Counted from the first letter of the whole stretch, positions 37,634-52,342 are shown. The stretch is DNA of 52,342 nt, filler included, from Basidiobolus ranarum (GCA_040143965.1; 2 parts of 2 records of this genome joined end to end with filler, not necessarily neighbours in it); one strand, 5' to 3'. Notes: generated from the sequence alone by a model not told the origin. Translations and numbers: made by a program.

Positions 37634-38165
37634 ATGGAGATTTGCAAGATTCTCAACACTGACTATCATTATCCTATCCAAGGCTTGTTTTCTTCATCAG
37701 TGGGTGAAGTGACTGACTTCGAAGCCAAGAATCTCTTCCAGATAAAGCCATTCGTGTGTCACTGTGGCAAAGGATTTTCAAGGAAAACTGATTACCTAAG
37801 ACACACACGTATTCACACCGGTGAGAGGCCATTCTCCTGCACAATCTGTCAGAAGGCCTTCACTCAAAGGTCAACACTGACCATCCATCTCCGAATTCAT
37901 ACTGGCGAGAAGCCTCATACATGCAATTTCAAAGGCTGCTTGAAATCATTCATCGATGTAAGTGAAATTAAATTTTAGCATTAATCAAATCAACTCTGAT
38001 CTTTAATCATGTACCTCTTAGTCATCTTCCTTGACCCGGCATCAACGTACACACACTGGAACACGCCCCTACGTCTGCCCATATAATGGATGTCAAAAGG
38101 GTTATACAAGGCGAGTGAATCTAACAAAACATATGGAGCGACACAATATCCGTTTCACCTCTTAG
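37634..38165 (+). CDS. Small C2H2 zinc-finger protein with 4 fingers (exons 37634-37957, 38022-38165)
   Basis: HTGERPF, HTGEKPH and HTGTRPY linkers. Removing the intron completes finger 3 ([16 protein letters not shown]) and adds finger 4. Confidence 0.9.
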
Positions 38166-38483
38166 ACAATACGCTTCCCATTGTATAGCTATAATGCTCA
38201 CCTTTTCTAGAGCTGTATATGAAGAATTAACTCAAAATCACTGCCTATAATTATACTTGTACTATTGATCACTGAATAAATATTCAATCCCTCGGACTAA
38301 TTGTGGGTGCAGAGGAGGGAATAATTCGATATTAAGACTTGGAAAGCGATACCAAGACTATCCTTTACCTTGAAAGTGATATTAGGGATATCCTTTATTT
38401 ATACATGATCGATTATCGAAACCGTAGATGGATGTTCAGTTAATTATTAATATTTTTTATGGCTGGCTGATACAAGGATAACC

Positions 38484-40543
38484 CTACAGGTCTGATTGCC
38501 CAGAATGAGCATAAGGTGGTGATGCCATAGAACAATTTGATGGTTGTCCTGTATGTGGGCCGTTATACACTTGACCATTAGTAAATAGATCTGCGGCAGG
38601 AGAGCTTGGCATGTGCATATGCACAGGCTGAGGTGGTAGATGATATTTGATGCCAGCAGCAATAATGCTCTCTTGTAAGGCAAACATAAACCGGGTCCGA
38701 CGTTCCCAACGACGGCCACCATCCTGCCAATTTCCCTTGAATTCCATGAAAAAGTACAACTTCATTAGGTTTGTCTTGGTCATCTCAGCAATGTGAACTT
38801 TGATGGTAGGGGTGAAGTCACGTGAGTTGGCTTGTAAGAAATCATTCATGTACTGCTCCATCTCCAAGATTTTTGACTTAGGAGTGTAGAAATCAATATC
38901 AAGCTCTAAAAGATAAAATTCAGTATCCAATGGTTGGAAGGTAAAATGGACGAAGAGAAACTTAGCCAATACCAATGGTTTCACTTTGGTTAGATGAGCG
39001 ACGGATGTTGTGGATGAACTTGGTGCACATCACTTCGTTAGGAGCATAGATCATCTGCCCATCCGCCTTCACGAAGATGGTACTGAGAAGCCCGACCTTA
39101 AATACCATCAGATTGTTGCCATCAACGAACACACGATCTCCAGCATCGTATGGATGCTACAATGAAGGTTGTTAGCATGGATACAACCATCGAAGGTGGG
39201 AAACAACTTACGGTGACGAATACGAAAATAATGGATTTGAAAAGAGTGGCGGCAGTGCTTCCAAATACGAAAGTCAACGCCAAAAACATGGACCCGAGAG
39301 GGACCAGGGTTTTGACGATACTGTTGTCAAATAGCATACAACAGGCAATAAATAGAACGATGAAAGCGAATACTAGAAAGATACGATCAAGCTTTCCAAC
39401 CGCTTGAGACATATCACGCATACCAATCATCAATGCTTTCCTTTCCTTGTAAATATAAATGACCATATCTTTCATCTCGCGCTTACTAATGTCCCCATTT
39501 CCATCCTTGTCGAACAAAGCGAACGCCTTCTCTGCTTCCTTTGATTTGTTGAAATATGGAAGGAAATCTTCCATCACTAAAAATTGCCGTTGGTTCTGGA
39601 GCGCTCCAAAGAGCTTCTTGGCAAGTCTACGGGCACGGTTCTGAGAATTGATATCAGTGTCGACCTCCCCATAATCTCCTTTAAGATCCATGTCGGAAGG
39701 TTTCTTGTTTTGGTGTGTAAACTTATTTTTGACGCCGGTTAATGAGCCACGATGATGATTACGTTTGGCTCCACGTAGACTATCTAACACTTCAAGAGCA
39801 TACTTGACCTCAATCATACGATCTTTGTAGGCTCTCCTGTGAAAGCGGTAGGCGATCAGATGCAGAATTAACTTCTCAATGAATAAAAGTCCGGCCGCCA
39901 CCAGGAAGCAGAGTAATATACGGAAAAAACTTCTTTGAGAGTGGTTTTCATCTTCATACAGGTTGGGAAAGAATATATAAAAGGAGCCAACGGAAAATGC
40001 CATGATCAACACGGAATGAAAGTAGCCTTTGACAGCGTTGAAGTGTTCAAGCCTGGTCTTGAAATCTTCCTGCTTCTTAGGCTGTAGGCCCTTGATGATC
40101 TTGATGATTATGAAGGGGACCATTCGAATAAAGTAGATAATAACTACAGCGAACGTCCATACAGAGGCCAGCCAGAAGAAAACATCCATAACAGTTCTGT
40201 GAGATCTCCAACCATGAGTGAACCTAATACCTAGTGCCGGTGCTAACAGTATCACATCACCAATAATGAACAGTGACAAAAACCAAAGGATCGTCTTCAT
40301 CAAGGAATTAGAAGTAGGTAGATGGGCTTTTCGATGTTCATAGTGAGAATCATCTTCGCTAGCAGAATCCCAATCAAACTGCTCATCTTCATCCTCAGTA
40401 AAATGATCTTCCTTCACTTGGCCAGCCCGAGCAAGAGGAATCTGAACATGGTCGCCTTGAAATAGATATTAGTTCACAAAGTCTCCAGCTTCAATGCCGG
40501 TCTCATACATACCTGTCATCTCTAAAATTTCCACCTTCGACAT
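38484..40543 (-). CDS. MscS-like mechanosensitive channel with EF-hand (fungal Msy1/Msy2 type), multi-exon
   Basis: Multiple transmembrane segments, FHRRAYKDR, EF-hand FDKDGNGDISKRE, SIIFVFVT|HPYDAGDRVFVDG and YAPNEVM..KFIHNIRRS; the short first exon is MSKVEILEMT. Confidence 0.9.
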
Positions 40544-41462
40544 CGCTAAATCAAACAACACAATGAAGCATTACTCTGGAAAATCCATGGAAACACTTTA
40601 TATATCACCACTTTTTCTCTTCCCAAATCGAAGCTACAGCTTTCCTTTTCAAGATCATATCATAAATTAACACCCAGACCTCTCGACTCTATGTGCTACC
40701 TCTGAAGGCATATATTGGCTCATAGATTCCATAAGAAGAGGATTTTCCATTTCTCAATCTTCTCATGATTGGAGAAGACTCATAAAGTTCGTGAACACTA
40801 AAACCAAGTTCCCCATTACAGATCATCGGTGCAACACTCTACAATAACAATTTCCATTAGCTCATACTTAAACATCTAAGTGCTGTCCACACCAATCCAT
40901 CAGCTTCTAGTGAAAATTAATCAACTTCTGACCGAAATCGGCAATTAATAAGCTTTGCGGAACCAGATCATTCTTATCTAGAGTAGATGTTGTAGATGCT
41001 ATAGATAATATGAAACCAACATTGTTGGTGGTACTGTCTAGATATGCTATTGCCCATAGCTTCTCTCAATCAGAGTGTACAGCTTGATTGGTGAACCATC
41101 ATCAGGTACGTAATGAGAATTAAGCCTAATATTAAGGTTAAAGTTAGACAGCCTGATTAGCAAATGTTATCATTTAAACGAAATTCTTGTTACTTAACTA
41201 AGTAAATCACGTAGTTAGTCGAGAGCATTTACTGATTCGTTGTAGGAATAAAAATCCGCTCTGAGCCAATTGCAGGGTATAGAATCCTCGAAAATATGGA
41301 ATTTTGGGAATTTTTTTGTTTCCACAGCCATATGCTACGGATTAGAGCTACACAGTGAGCTAGTAAAAAAAAAATCTAAGACGATTTCTACGTAGTTACT
41401 CTCTTTGACTGGAAAAGGTCAACCACAAAGCTAGTTTCTTTTTGGGAGGTCTCATTGATAAA

Positions 41463-44400
41463 ATGGCAGACCAAGACGATTTCGTTTCGCCATTGGAGCT
41501 AACCTGGCCTGATTTCATAAAAAATAAACTTCTAACGGGGATAACTTCATCGAGTGTTAATTCTCGTCTTGAACTAGTAGAGCAAGGGCTTCTCCCAAAA
41601 ATCAAACAAAAAGGTACAGTTTTGATTAGCAATCTTCTCTCGATCACCAAAGGGGATATCGTTAGACAACAACATCTAACGAAAAGGAGGCATCCCTTGT
41701 TACTTTTTTTATTCTCTTACTAAAAGAGCGATTTACCTTGTATTATAGATTTTCCCGAGCAGGCTCTCCCCTCACTCCTTCGTCTGATATTTCTCACATA
41801 TCCACGTTACCAAGACCATGCATCTCGTCGTGCTATTCTCAAAGTTTATACAGAATTATTCAAATGGAATTCTGAAGCATTGCTTAAAGCAGCTAACATT
41901 GCTTTTATGCGTGAGGTCGATGCTGTCAATAAGAGATCAGGAGACTTTGGGTTGGTGTTTTTCTCTAGGCCTGACTTAATCCATACTCTATAATCTAACC
42001 CTACTAATATGCAAATTCTTTCGTTAGAACTTTCACTACCTCAGAAACTTCCCGCTTTATTATCCTGACCTGGGTGAACCACTTCATTTCTCTAATCGCA
42101 AGTTCTTTTGATTCAGATGTTGATTCTCTTAAAAAATCCACTTACTGGGCAGCATTCATCAAATATCAAGCAATTTTATATGACGGTCTTCTTGCCAGTA
42201 AGAGAAAAGGAATCAAGAAGGGAGTTACTGCTGATGTTCGCAGAGTTATCAGAAAATATCCTAATTTTATTGAGGCTTACCTTTCTCAGGCTGTAAGCAC
42301 CTCTCTAACACCTTCTTGCAGAGTGATTGCTCTAGTAGGAACTATCGTTGATGTTTCATTGAGATTGGCTAGCGTAAAGAGAGATGTAGTTGAGAATCAA
42401 AAGGAGGCTATCATCAAGCTCTATCTTACTGGCATCTTATCTTCTAAGCAAGTCATCCCAGCGTTCGTTTCAGAATCTCTTCGGGATTTCTTCTTCAACT
42501 TCATCGATGAAGAGGAATTCAAAAAGCAACTAGTTCCTACCATGGAAAGAATGCTTCTTAGATCACCTGAGGTTGCCTTAAGTGCTATTTCCCATGTGGT
42601 TGATTCAGTTAATTTTGATCTTGGCGAACTCTTCTCTGGTACTTTTGCGAAGCCTATATTAAGCTCCTTCCAATCTAGTAATATCAAAGTACGTAACGAT
42701 GCTATCAGTCTTTTCAAACAGCTATCCCTACGAAGCCAAAGCGAGAGTAATCTCTCTTCTGTAGCACAAGAGATGATTAAGATGATTACTAGCGGAAAGG
42801 TTTCTAGTGCCGACCAACGTACTACATTTTATGAATGTTTAAGTGGAATGATTACTTCCCCTATTGTATCTATCGAAATTTTGGATAAATTGGGTCCACA
42901 GGTTGCCAAGGAATCCAACGAAAATGTAGCGACCATTTTGATTGGTTCCTTGGGCAAGCAACTCGAGTCGATTGTTTCTCTTTCGAGTGATCAAATCACT
43001 CAACAAATCAAAGATAGCGTCGATAATTTCATGAAATTGCTTCTTGCCGGGCTTAAGAGCACCAAGCCAAACATCAAGAAGAGTTGGACTCTAGTTTGTG
43101 GTAGTGCTGTATGGAAGAGCAAAGATTTGGAACAGAATATTCTAAGCTCCTACGCTCCCGCCTTCATGAAGTTACTGTTGGATACCACCAACAAAATTCA
43201 TCAAAACCCCATTCAGTATCCTAGTGGACCCCTTGAGGGTTACGTTGGCATTTCTGTTGCTGAGAATATCAAAAAGTGGAATATCAGCGATTTATCTGAA
43301 GACAGCATATCAAATTACCTTGCTGTAACACCCAAACCATCATTCTTCTTTATGGATAGAATCTACAACAAGCTGACTACCGAAGAGGAATGTTTATGGC
43401 TTATCAGAGCAGCTGAAAGCGTGATACTTGAAGAAAAAGCCTTGACTGAAGAAGTGAAGGATGCCCTCGCTTACATTTTTATTTACGGAATCTCTAATTT
43501 CCCTAACTATCAATCCAGAAATGAGGCCTACTGCGCTTTACAAAGATTGTGTGTCATCAACCCTGTTAAGATTGGTGCCATTATGCGCCATGGCCTTGAG
43601 AAGTGGTTGTTAGATCTTGAAAACCAAGCTCACCAACCCACAAGAAAGTCCTCCTATCGCCTTTCTCGTGTTCTCACCGCAATTACCAGCTTCAAATCAG
43701 ATCTTGAAGAAGTTATTGTTGAGACTGCACTTCTAGATTTGGCTCTGATCTCTCATCATCCCCACGTTGTTTCTCCTTCGGACAAGTATTCCTGGTTGAC
43801 ACTCGCTTATAGAGCTAACATAAACCCAGGCAAATTGGTCGCCGATAGTTTCGACACCTTGGAGAAGATATTCATTGATAGAACCATTGTTGATTGCTCC
43901 TCCAAATTATTCTATAAGGCAGCTATCTCCCTCGCCTCCACACTTACCTTAGTTAATCCTGAAAGATCAATCCCCGAATTTTTGAAGATTTGCGAAGCGG
44001 ATCTAAAGGCAGAGAGTATGGATGGAATTAACCAAGAGAAAGTGGAAATCTGGAAGACACCCGAAGGTGTTTTATGCATCGATGTCCTTAAACGTAGTAA
44101 GTACGAAGAAAACAAAAATCGTAAGAACTACGCTACCGACAAGTGGGAAGCAGATCTACGTAAAGAGATTGCTAAGAAGAGAGGCGAAGACAAGCAAGTT
44201 AAGCTAACCAAAGAAGAACAGGCAACAGTTGATGCCCAACTAGCCAAGGAATCTAAGATTAGAAAACAAGTTCAAAATGTGTATGTCAAACTTGTCAGAG
44301 GGTTGGACATTATCAATGCCATGGTCGCTGGAAACAAAGAGGCACTTGGCGAGCACCTTGTCGAAGTGGTTCGACTCCTACTCAGTGGTGTTATCCACAA

Positions 44401-47400
44401 AGGAGGTCTACTCGTTGAGAATAAGGCAGTTGAAACCTATATGAATGTTGGCAAATGTACTTCTGATAGTCTTCAAGGTATCCGTCAGATGCTAGGATTA
44501 GCTACTCTTAGAGCAATGAAGGTTCAAGAAGTCTCTGAAGAATGGCATGCCGAGCCTTTGTATGATTTAGTCATTCGTGTACTATACCGTTTACGATATG
44601 CTACTGAGAAAGCTCCTCTCTCTCCTTCATCTTTCTCTTATTGTTTCCCATTGGTTCACCAAATTATCCGTGAAAATGGTGTTGGCTCACCTGCTGAATC
44701 CAGAATCCTTCACCCCGATGAAGAAAGTCAATTTGATAAGACTCCTGAGCAAGTTGTTATTGCCATCGATATTATCTCTTTCCACTGTAAATTTAGTGAA
44801 TCACTATTAGTTCCTCGCAAGGAGATGATCGAATCTTTATTGCTAGTCATTCGTTCTTACAACAAATTGAACAGCGTGGCCAAGAAATCTTTGGCCGTAC
44901 TTTGCGAATCCATGGGTGATACCGCAACTTTACCCGAAATGTTAACCCTCTTAAAAGGACTTCTCTCCGAAAGTCTCTTGGTTAGAACTGCTTGCCTTGA
45001 AGCTTTGGATTTCTTGGATTTGACTGATATTGACTTCTCTTGTGAATTATGGATTGCTTGTCACGAAGACAATGAAGCCAACGCCAATCTTGCTGCCACC
45101 TTGTGGGATGAAAATAGTATGGAAGTCCCTGAGAATTATCTATCTTATATTTTACCCCTTGTGATTCATAAAAACAAGAATGTAAGAGTTAGCGCGGCAA
45201 AGGCTTTAGCAAGCGCCATCCAGTTCCACCCTCAAAGCATTTCGGATTCTTTGAAGAGTATTTATGACAAGTATAAGGAACTTGCTACACCCATCGTCCC
45301 CGAGTATGATGAATTCGGAATGGTTATTCATTCCTCCTTAGAGAAGGAAGACCCTTGGGCTAGCCGAGTTGGACTTGCATCTGCCTTGGTTGCTTGTGCT
45401 CCTCTGATGAATCCAGAAGATTTGAATCCATTTTTCCACTTCTTGATTCAAGAGGAAGCACTTGGCGATCGTCACGAAGATGTTCGCCAACGGATGCTAG
45501 ACGCTGGCTTGGCTGTTATTTCTGCTCATGGACAAGAACATGTAGAGACATTGATGCCAGTGTTTGAATTATATCTTGGTTCTCCTGCCCCTCCTAACGA
45601 TACACATGATCGTATTCGTGAATCCGTCGTTATTCTATTTGGTTCATTGGCTGGTCATCTCAATGCCTCTAACCCCAAAATCCCTACTGCTGTTGAAAGA
45701 CTCATTGAAACTCTTAGAACTCCTTCAGAGCCTGTTCAAATCGCTGTTAGTCAATGCTTGCCTCCTCTTATCAAGGCAATGAAAAATAATGCACCTAAAC
45801 TTATTGACCAGCTTCTGAACGACTTATTGAATGCTGAGAAGTATGCTGAAAGACGTGGTGCTGCCTATGGCTTAGCGGGTGCCGTTAAGGGATGTGGTAT
45901 CGCATCTATCAAGACCTGTGATATTATGACCAAGCTCAAAAATGCTATTGCCGAAAAGAAGAATTACAAACATCGTCAAGGTGCTCTTTTCGCTTTTGAA
46001 ACATTATCACTTAACCTTGGTCGCTTCTTTGAACCCTACATCATTCAAATTATTCCTCTACTTCTCGCATGCTTCAGTGATAACACTGCTGATGTGCGTG
46101 AAGCTACTACCGATGCTGCTCGTGTCATTATGAGCAAGATTAGTGGACATTGTGTTAAACTTGTTCTTCCCTCTCTTTTAAGAGCTTTGGAAGATAAGCA
46201 ATGGCGTACTAAGCAAGGTTCCGTTCAATTGCTCGGTTCAATGGCCTTCTGCGCGCCTAAGCAATTATCCATCAGCTTGCCTACTATTATCCCGTGCTTA
46301 ATTGAAGTACTTGCTGATTCTCATCAAAATGTTCAAAAGTCTGCTAATGAGGCACTTTTGACCTTTGGTGAAGTTATTAGTAACCCTGAAATTCAGGCTT
46401 TAGTACCTATTATCATGGATTCCCTCTGCGACCCCAATAATAAGACCGAAGCTGGTTTAACTGCTCTTCTTGGAACTGCCTTTGTTCATTACATTGACGC
46501 TCCTTCATTGGCTTTGGTTATGCCCATCTTACAGAGAGGTTTGAAAGAGAGAAGTACTGAAGTTAAAAAGAAGGGTGCCCGAATTGTTGGTAATATGTGC
46601 TCCCTCACTGACAAGAAAGATCTTGTTCCATATCTACCCTCTCTTCTTCCTAGCTTGAGAGAGGTTCTTGCTGATCCAGTACCTGATGCTCGTGCAACCG
46701 CTGCCAAGGCTCTTGGTACTATGGTGGAGAAACTCGGTGAGGAGAACTTCCCTGGACTTGTCAATGGACTCATCCATACTCTAAAGATAGACTCCAGTGG
46801 AGTTGATAGAGAGGGAGCTGCCCAAGGTCTTTCCGAAATCTTGGCAGGTTTGGGTATCGATCGTATGGAGGTTATGTTACCCGAAATCATCGAATACACA
46901 TCAAGTCCCAAGTCTTATGTGCGCGAAGGTTTCGTTACTTTGCTCATTTATTTGCCTGCTACTTTCGGAGAGCAGTTCACACCTTATCTCGGTCGTACTA
47001 TTCCTCCTATCCTCAAGGGATTGGCTGATGACTCTGAGTATGTCAGAGATGCTTCGTTGCGTGCTGGTCAAATCATTGTTACCAACTATGCTACTAAGGC
47101 TGTCGATTTGTTGTTACCTGAACTCGAGAAGGGACTATTCGACGAGAACTGGCGTATTAGACAGAGTTCCGTTCAACTTATTGGTGAGCTTCTCTACAAG
47201 ATTACTGGTATCTCTGCCAATACCGATGAAGAGACTGGTGAGGACAACGAAGACGTGGCTGTTAATGAATCCACACGTAAGGTCCTTCTCGAGACCCTCG
47301 GTAAAGATAGACGTGATCGTGTTCTTGCTTCTCTATTCATTGTCAGAAATGATGTATCTGGTACCGTTCGTCAAGCTACTGTTTCAGTTTGGAAGTCTAT

Positions 47401-49654
47401 TGTCAGCAACACTCCTCGTACACTTAAGGAAATTCTTTATGTTGTCATGGACATTATCATCAAAAATCTTGCCAGTTCTGAGTTCGATAAACGCCAGGTT
47501 GCAGCTCGTACATTAGGTGACATGGTTCGTAAACTTGGAGAAAGTGTTCTTTCCGAAATTATTCCCATTTTGGAGAAGGGACTTGATGCTGAAGAAAGTG
47601 GAACAAGACAAGGTGTTTGCATCGGTCTTGGTGAGATTATGGCCACCGCTGGAAAGGTACACATTGTTGATTACATTGAAGCCCTTATTCCCTCCGTTCG
47701 TAAAGCACTTCTGGATCCATCTACTGAAGTACGTGAGGCAGCTGCTCAGGCTTTCGATAACCTTCACCAACATGTTGGCTCCAGAGCTATCGATGATATC
47801 TTACCACATCTTCTAAATGAACTCAAGAGTGGTAATGACACCAACGCTTTGGAGGCTCTTAAGGAAATCATGTCTGTACGTGCCAACGTTGTCTTCCCTG
47901 TGCTCATTCCAACATTGATTACTGTGCCCATTTCTGCCTTTAACGCTCGTGCCTTAGGCTCTCTTATCTCTGTCTCTGGCTCTGCACTCAGCAAACGATT
48001 CAGTCAATTGTTAACTGCGTTGATGGATTCATTGTCCCAAGCAGATCAGGAAGCGGTTGTTGAATGTCGCGAAACCATCAAGGTTCTTATTTCTTCCGTT
48101 GATGACATTGAAAGTCTTCACAATTTGATGATAATGCTATTCGAGATCGTTAAAAGTAACGATGCCTCTCAACGTGTCAGTGCTTGTGAAATTCTTGCAG
48201 TCTTCTGTGCTACCAATAAGGTGGATATATACCGTTATGTCCACGATTGGTTCCGTACCTTGATTGCATTATTGAACGATGAGCAAGTTATGCAAGCTGC
48301 TTGGAAGGCTCTTGACAGTATCACCAAATCCATGAAGAAAGAGGATCTTGACCAGTATGTTGTTCCTGTTCGCCGTGCTCTTAAAGGAACTACTGACCGT
48401 TTGTACAATGGTCAAACACTTCCCGGCTTTTGCTTGACTAAGGGTATTGGTCCATTACTTCCTATCTTCTTACAAGGTTTGATGTATGGTAGTTCCGATA
48501 CCCGTGAACAGTCAGCTCTGGGTGTTGGGGATTTAGTCCAATGGACCTCGTCTGATGCGCTTAAGCCTTTTGTCACACAAATTACTGGACCTCTTATTCG
48601 TATCATTGGTGATCGCTTCCCTCCTCAAGTCAAGGCTGCCATCTTGCAGACTTTGGGAGACTTGCTCAACAAGGTTTCCATTATGCTCAAACCTTTCTTA
48701 CCTCAGCTTCAAAGAACATTTATCAAGTGTCTCACTGACCCTACACCTGTTGTGCGTGAGCGCGCTGCCGTTGCTCTGGGTGTTTTGATTACCTTACAAT
48801 CCCGTGTTGATCCACTTGTTGTGGAATTGAATGCTGGTATAAAGGCTAATGAAGGAGGCATCCGTGAAACCATGTTGAAGGCACTTGAAAAAGTGATCTT
48901 CCATGCCGCTGGTAACCTTTCTGATGCTAGCAAGCAAATTGTCGAAAAAACCGCATTAGAGGGTTTGTCCGATCCTAGCGAATCAGTTCGCGAAACCTCC
49001 TCTAAATGCCTTGGTAGTTTGTGTAAGACTTTACCTAGTGACCAAGCCCGCCCTATCATATCCAACATTTTGAATGAAGCAAAGGGAGGTGCTATGGGAC
49101 CAGTTTTGGGCATTAAAGCTATTCTTGAAGACAGTCCTGTTGCGTTTGAGAACCTAGGCTTGACCGAAGATTTGGTTGATGTTATCGTTCAAAGCATTGA
49201 AAATTCGCATATGACTGAAGTTGGTATAATGGCTGCAGATGCTATTCTAACTGGAGATGCCTGTGGCTCTGAGGAATGTAAGAGAAAAATCGTGGATGCC
49301 CTCGTATCGGTTCTCGGTGGAAAGTCAACAGAATGCAAGCGACTTACTTTACGCACCATTAAGAATGTTGCCAAACGAAACAATAAGGTTATCAAACCTT
49401 ACATCAAGCAACTTGTTCCATCTATTATGACTTGTGTAAAGGAACGCAGTATCCCTGTTAAACTTGCTGGTGAACGTGCCATGTTGTACCTCTTTGAATT
49501 ACACAAAAGTGATACACTTATTCAAAAGTACATTGAGGCTCAGGAACCAGGACTAAAGAAGATTGTAAGTGATTATTATCGCCGTGTACTTGTAAAACTA
49601 GCAGAAACTGTTTCCCAACCAGAATATGTTAGTGATGAAGAGGATCAATATTAA
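41463..49654 (+). CDS. GCN1: Translational activator Gcn1 (HEAT repeats); two short 5' exons and a ~7.6-kb terminal exon
   Basis: ERRGAAYGLAG, FEPYIIQIIPLLL, GHCVKLVLPSLL, QWRTKQGSVQLLGSMAFCAPKQLS, FVHYIDAPSLAL and QITGPLIRIIGDRF. Confidence 0.97.
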
Positions 49655-50448
49655 CATTAGACACTATGAAGTGATCATTTTTCGTCTTTCTTACCGACAA
49701 CCTCATACCCACTCATTTGTCAAAATTTTAATATAAACAGTGTATTACGAAATAGACCTGATTCGCGTATATTACATAATCCATAGCCTAACCTTAGCCT
49801 AAACAGATTACTTACAATAAGTCCGATCAGAATCTAACCCTAGCCCTATACATTCAAAATGCTCCTCAATGGCCCCAAATTTGGTAGTGAAGTACATAAA
49901 TGTACATACAAACAATATTTGCATCACGTGATGACTCTGTTTTCGGCCCTCTCGATACGAACTCTTGCGCAGCCAAAAGAGGCCACAATTCATTCCAAAG
50001 TGATCAAGCACAGATCTACAGTTCGTCATTTGTACCTAAACCCAGTGTTTGACTGTAAATAATATGCCAAAAAGCAGCATCAGAGGCTCAGTTGCGATGC
50101 ATTTACCCTAACACTTGATACTATCCATACTCTCCTTGAATGACTACAAAGCTAGCACTGTTTGTGTCATATTATGCCTGTTCAACTCATGAAACGAAAA
50201 TTCCGCATTTCCGCAGATAGACCATCTTTATTTGGCATGAAGGGTAATTTAGGGTACATAAGTTAGTCTATTTTACTTTTGACAAATGCTATTCAATTAA
50301 AATCAGATCTATTGTCTTTTTTGAATGGAAAAATTTTCCTCCCAAATTGAATATTAAAAAATTGTGAACAAAGTTGGTCTTTGGTACGATTTGGAATACT
50401 TGGATTTATATCTTCGACTTCGTTCATATACACGTTACACAGTAAGAA

Positions 50449-51964
50449 ATGCTTCAGGAGAAAGAAGGGAAGTTCGTTTCGTCGCCAGCAGCTTCTATCA
50501 AATCCCAGGTGAAACCTATGTTGGTATCCGACTCTAAAAGTCAACAAGCATGGCTACACTTCGTTGCTGGAGGGTAAGTAATTTTATTACACGCGAGTGA
50601 CTTGCATGTATTAATTCCATTTTTCACTTTAGAGTTGGTGGCATGATAGGTTCTACGTTGACTTGTCCTCTCGATGTCGTGAAAACTAGACTTCAGGTAT
50701 TTTAGTGCTAGTATGAGCCTCTTTCGGACTTCAACGTATTTATTTTACTTCACTTTAGTCTTCCCTGTACAAGCCAAACCCTACTTTTTACTCTAACGCT
50801 CATAGATCTATCTTTTCCACTTTAAGTACTCACGTCGTTGAAACATTTGGAATTCTACAGTATGTCTTATTTTCACTCTACTCTTTATACGTGACAATGG
50901 TAGTAACAGTTATTCTTACCATTCTAGAACCCTTAAGCGTCAGGAAGGTGTACGCGGTCTCTTTAAAGGTCTCGGTCCTATTTTGGTAGGCGTAGTCCCA
51001 GCTAGAGCCATTCATTTCGCGGCATACGGCAATGGCAAACGCATATTGACAGAGTTGAATGGAGGAAAAGAGTCATCATTAATCCATCTTAGTGCAGCCG
51101 CTAGTGCTGGTATGAACCATGGTTGAAGCCACTGTTTAGATTAAAGATATAGGACTTATGCTGTTGTCGCATTTTTAGGAATCATTACCGCCACTGCTAC
51201 CAGTCCAATCTGGTTGGTTAAAACTCGTATTCAACTTCAAGCAATGGAAACTTCTTCAGTTCGTTATAAAAATAGCTTGGATTGTATATATCAGGTTGTT
51301 AAAACCGAAGGAGTGCTTGGACTTTACCGAGGTGTCAGTGCATCCTATCTAGGTTCGTGTTGTATCGTTAGTTGAAAAATAACCTTCCTATTCTAAATGG
51401 TTTATTGCTGTTATTATTGTAGGTGTTGCGGAAGGAACTCTTCAGTGGGTTGTTTACGAGAAACTCAAATCCATAATTCATCAGCGCCGTCGTGCCGGTA
51501 ATGATGAAAACGCTAGCACAGAGAACAAGTCGTTTGGTGGTAAGTTTTGTTAAGCATTCGTGGATGTTGTAAGATCTTCGGCTAATTGTACGTATTAACA
51601 GATTGGCTCGAGTACTTCGCTGCCGCTGGAACCGCGAAGCTCTTTGCTGCTGTAGTAACTTATCCTCACGAAGTATGTTGCTATCCTTTTTCTTGACACA
51701 TCTTCACCTTTTCTTACCGTGTTGCTTCTGCTTTAGGTTGTCCGTACCCGAATGAGACAAAGCCCTTCCAAAGACGGGGTACACAAATATACCGGTCTTG
51801 GTCAATGTTTCAAATTGATTTGGAAGGAAGAGGGTATGATTGCATTTTATGGTGGTATGACAGCTCACGTGATGCGTGCTGTACCCAACGCAGCCATCAT
51901 GTTCTTCTGTTACGAAGCAATTATACATAACTTTGGGCAAAAGAAAGAGCAGACAACTGCTTAG
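50449..51964 (+). CDS. RIM2: Mitochondrial pyrimidine nucleotide carrier (Rim2/SLC25A33-36), multi-exon
   Basis: WLHFVAGG, TCPLDVVKTRLQ, LFKGLGPILVGVVPARAIHFAAYGNGK, SPIWLVKTRIQLQ, TYPHE|VVRTRMRQ and RAVPNAAIMF. Confidence 0.93.
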
Positions 51965-52342
51965 ATAGTTTATTATTATTACTTAGAATATGTTCTATTA
52001 ATATGTATTTAGTCATTAGTATGACCTTAGAAAGTCCCTTCTTTACCAACCAATAGCGTCGTAGCACCCCGCCCTCATAGACACTAAAGAAATCCTTGCA
52101 CAATCTGGATCTGGTTGGCCTAACCCCAACCCTAACCCTCTTCTGTTTTCAGTATTTAACTTGGCTATTTGCCAATCCATTTGCTAATGCCACTTGTACT
52201 CTTTTGCTTGTTGACACTATACCCATCAATATTGGTCGTCCATTCATTGTATAAAGTTAATTTTAAACTGTGATTTGTTAATGCATTGAATATTTTATTG
52301 AACTGAAATAGTTGCTCATTTACCGTGGTATCATATTGGAAT

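Overview
Eukaryotic, AT-rich sequence with short GT-AG introns (mostly about 50-100 nt), typical of an early-diverging fungus. A Basidiobolus/Mucoromycota-like origin is an inference only. A 100-bp artificial spacer (N44-TTAATTAATTAA-N44, 26133-26232) joins two contigs, so adjacency across it is unproven. The left ~11 kb is gene-poor and littered with fragments of one repeat family; it holds a secreted RNase T2 and an intronless, bacterial-looking secreted bicupin of the oxalate decarboxylase family. Next comes a housekeeping block: SPB1, SND2/TMEM208, AP-3 mu, COPI epsilon, ubiquilin, a divergent prephenate dehydratase and HPPD. After the gap lie three orphan intronless genes (two secreted), THI4, NSA1, a CDK1-like kinase with PTTAIRE, a 4-finger C2H2 protein, an EF-hand MscS channel, GCN1 and RIM2. 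The most interesting unexplained signal is a candidate ~190-nt multi-hairpin ncRNA with Pol III-like flanks (31265-31500, minus strand) upstream of THI4 that matches no RNA family I recognise. Also notable are a repeat segment found in opposite orientations against the same flank, and the likely horizontally acquired bicupin. All calls were made by eye; no searches or folding programs were run.
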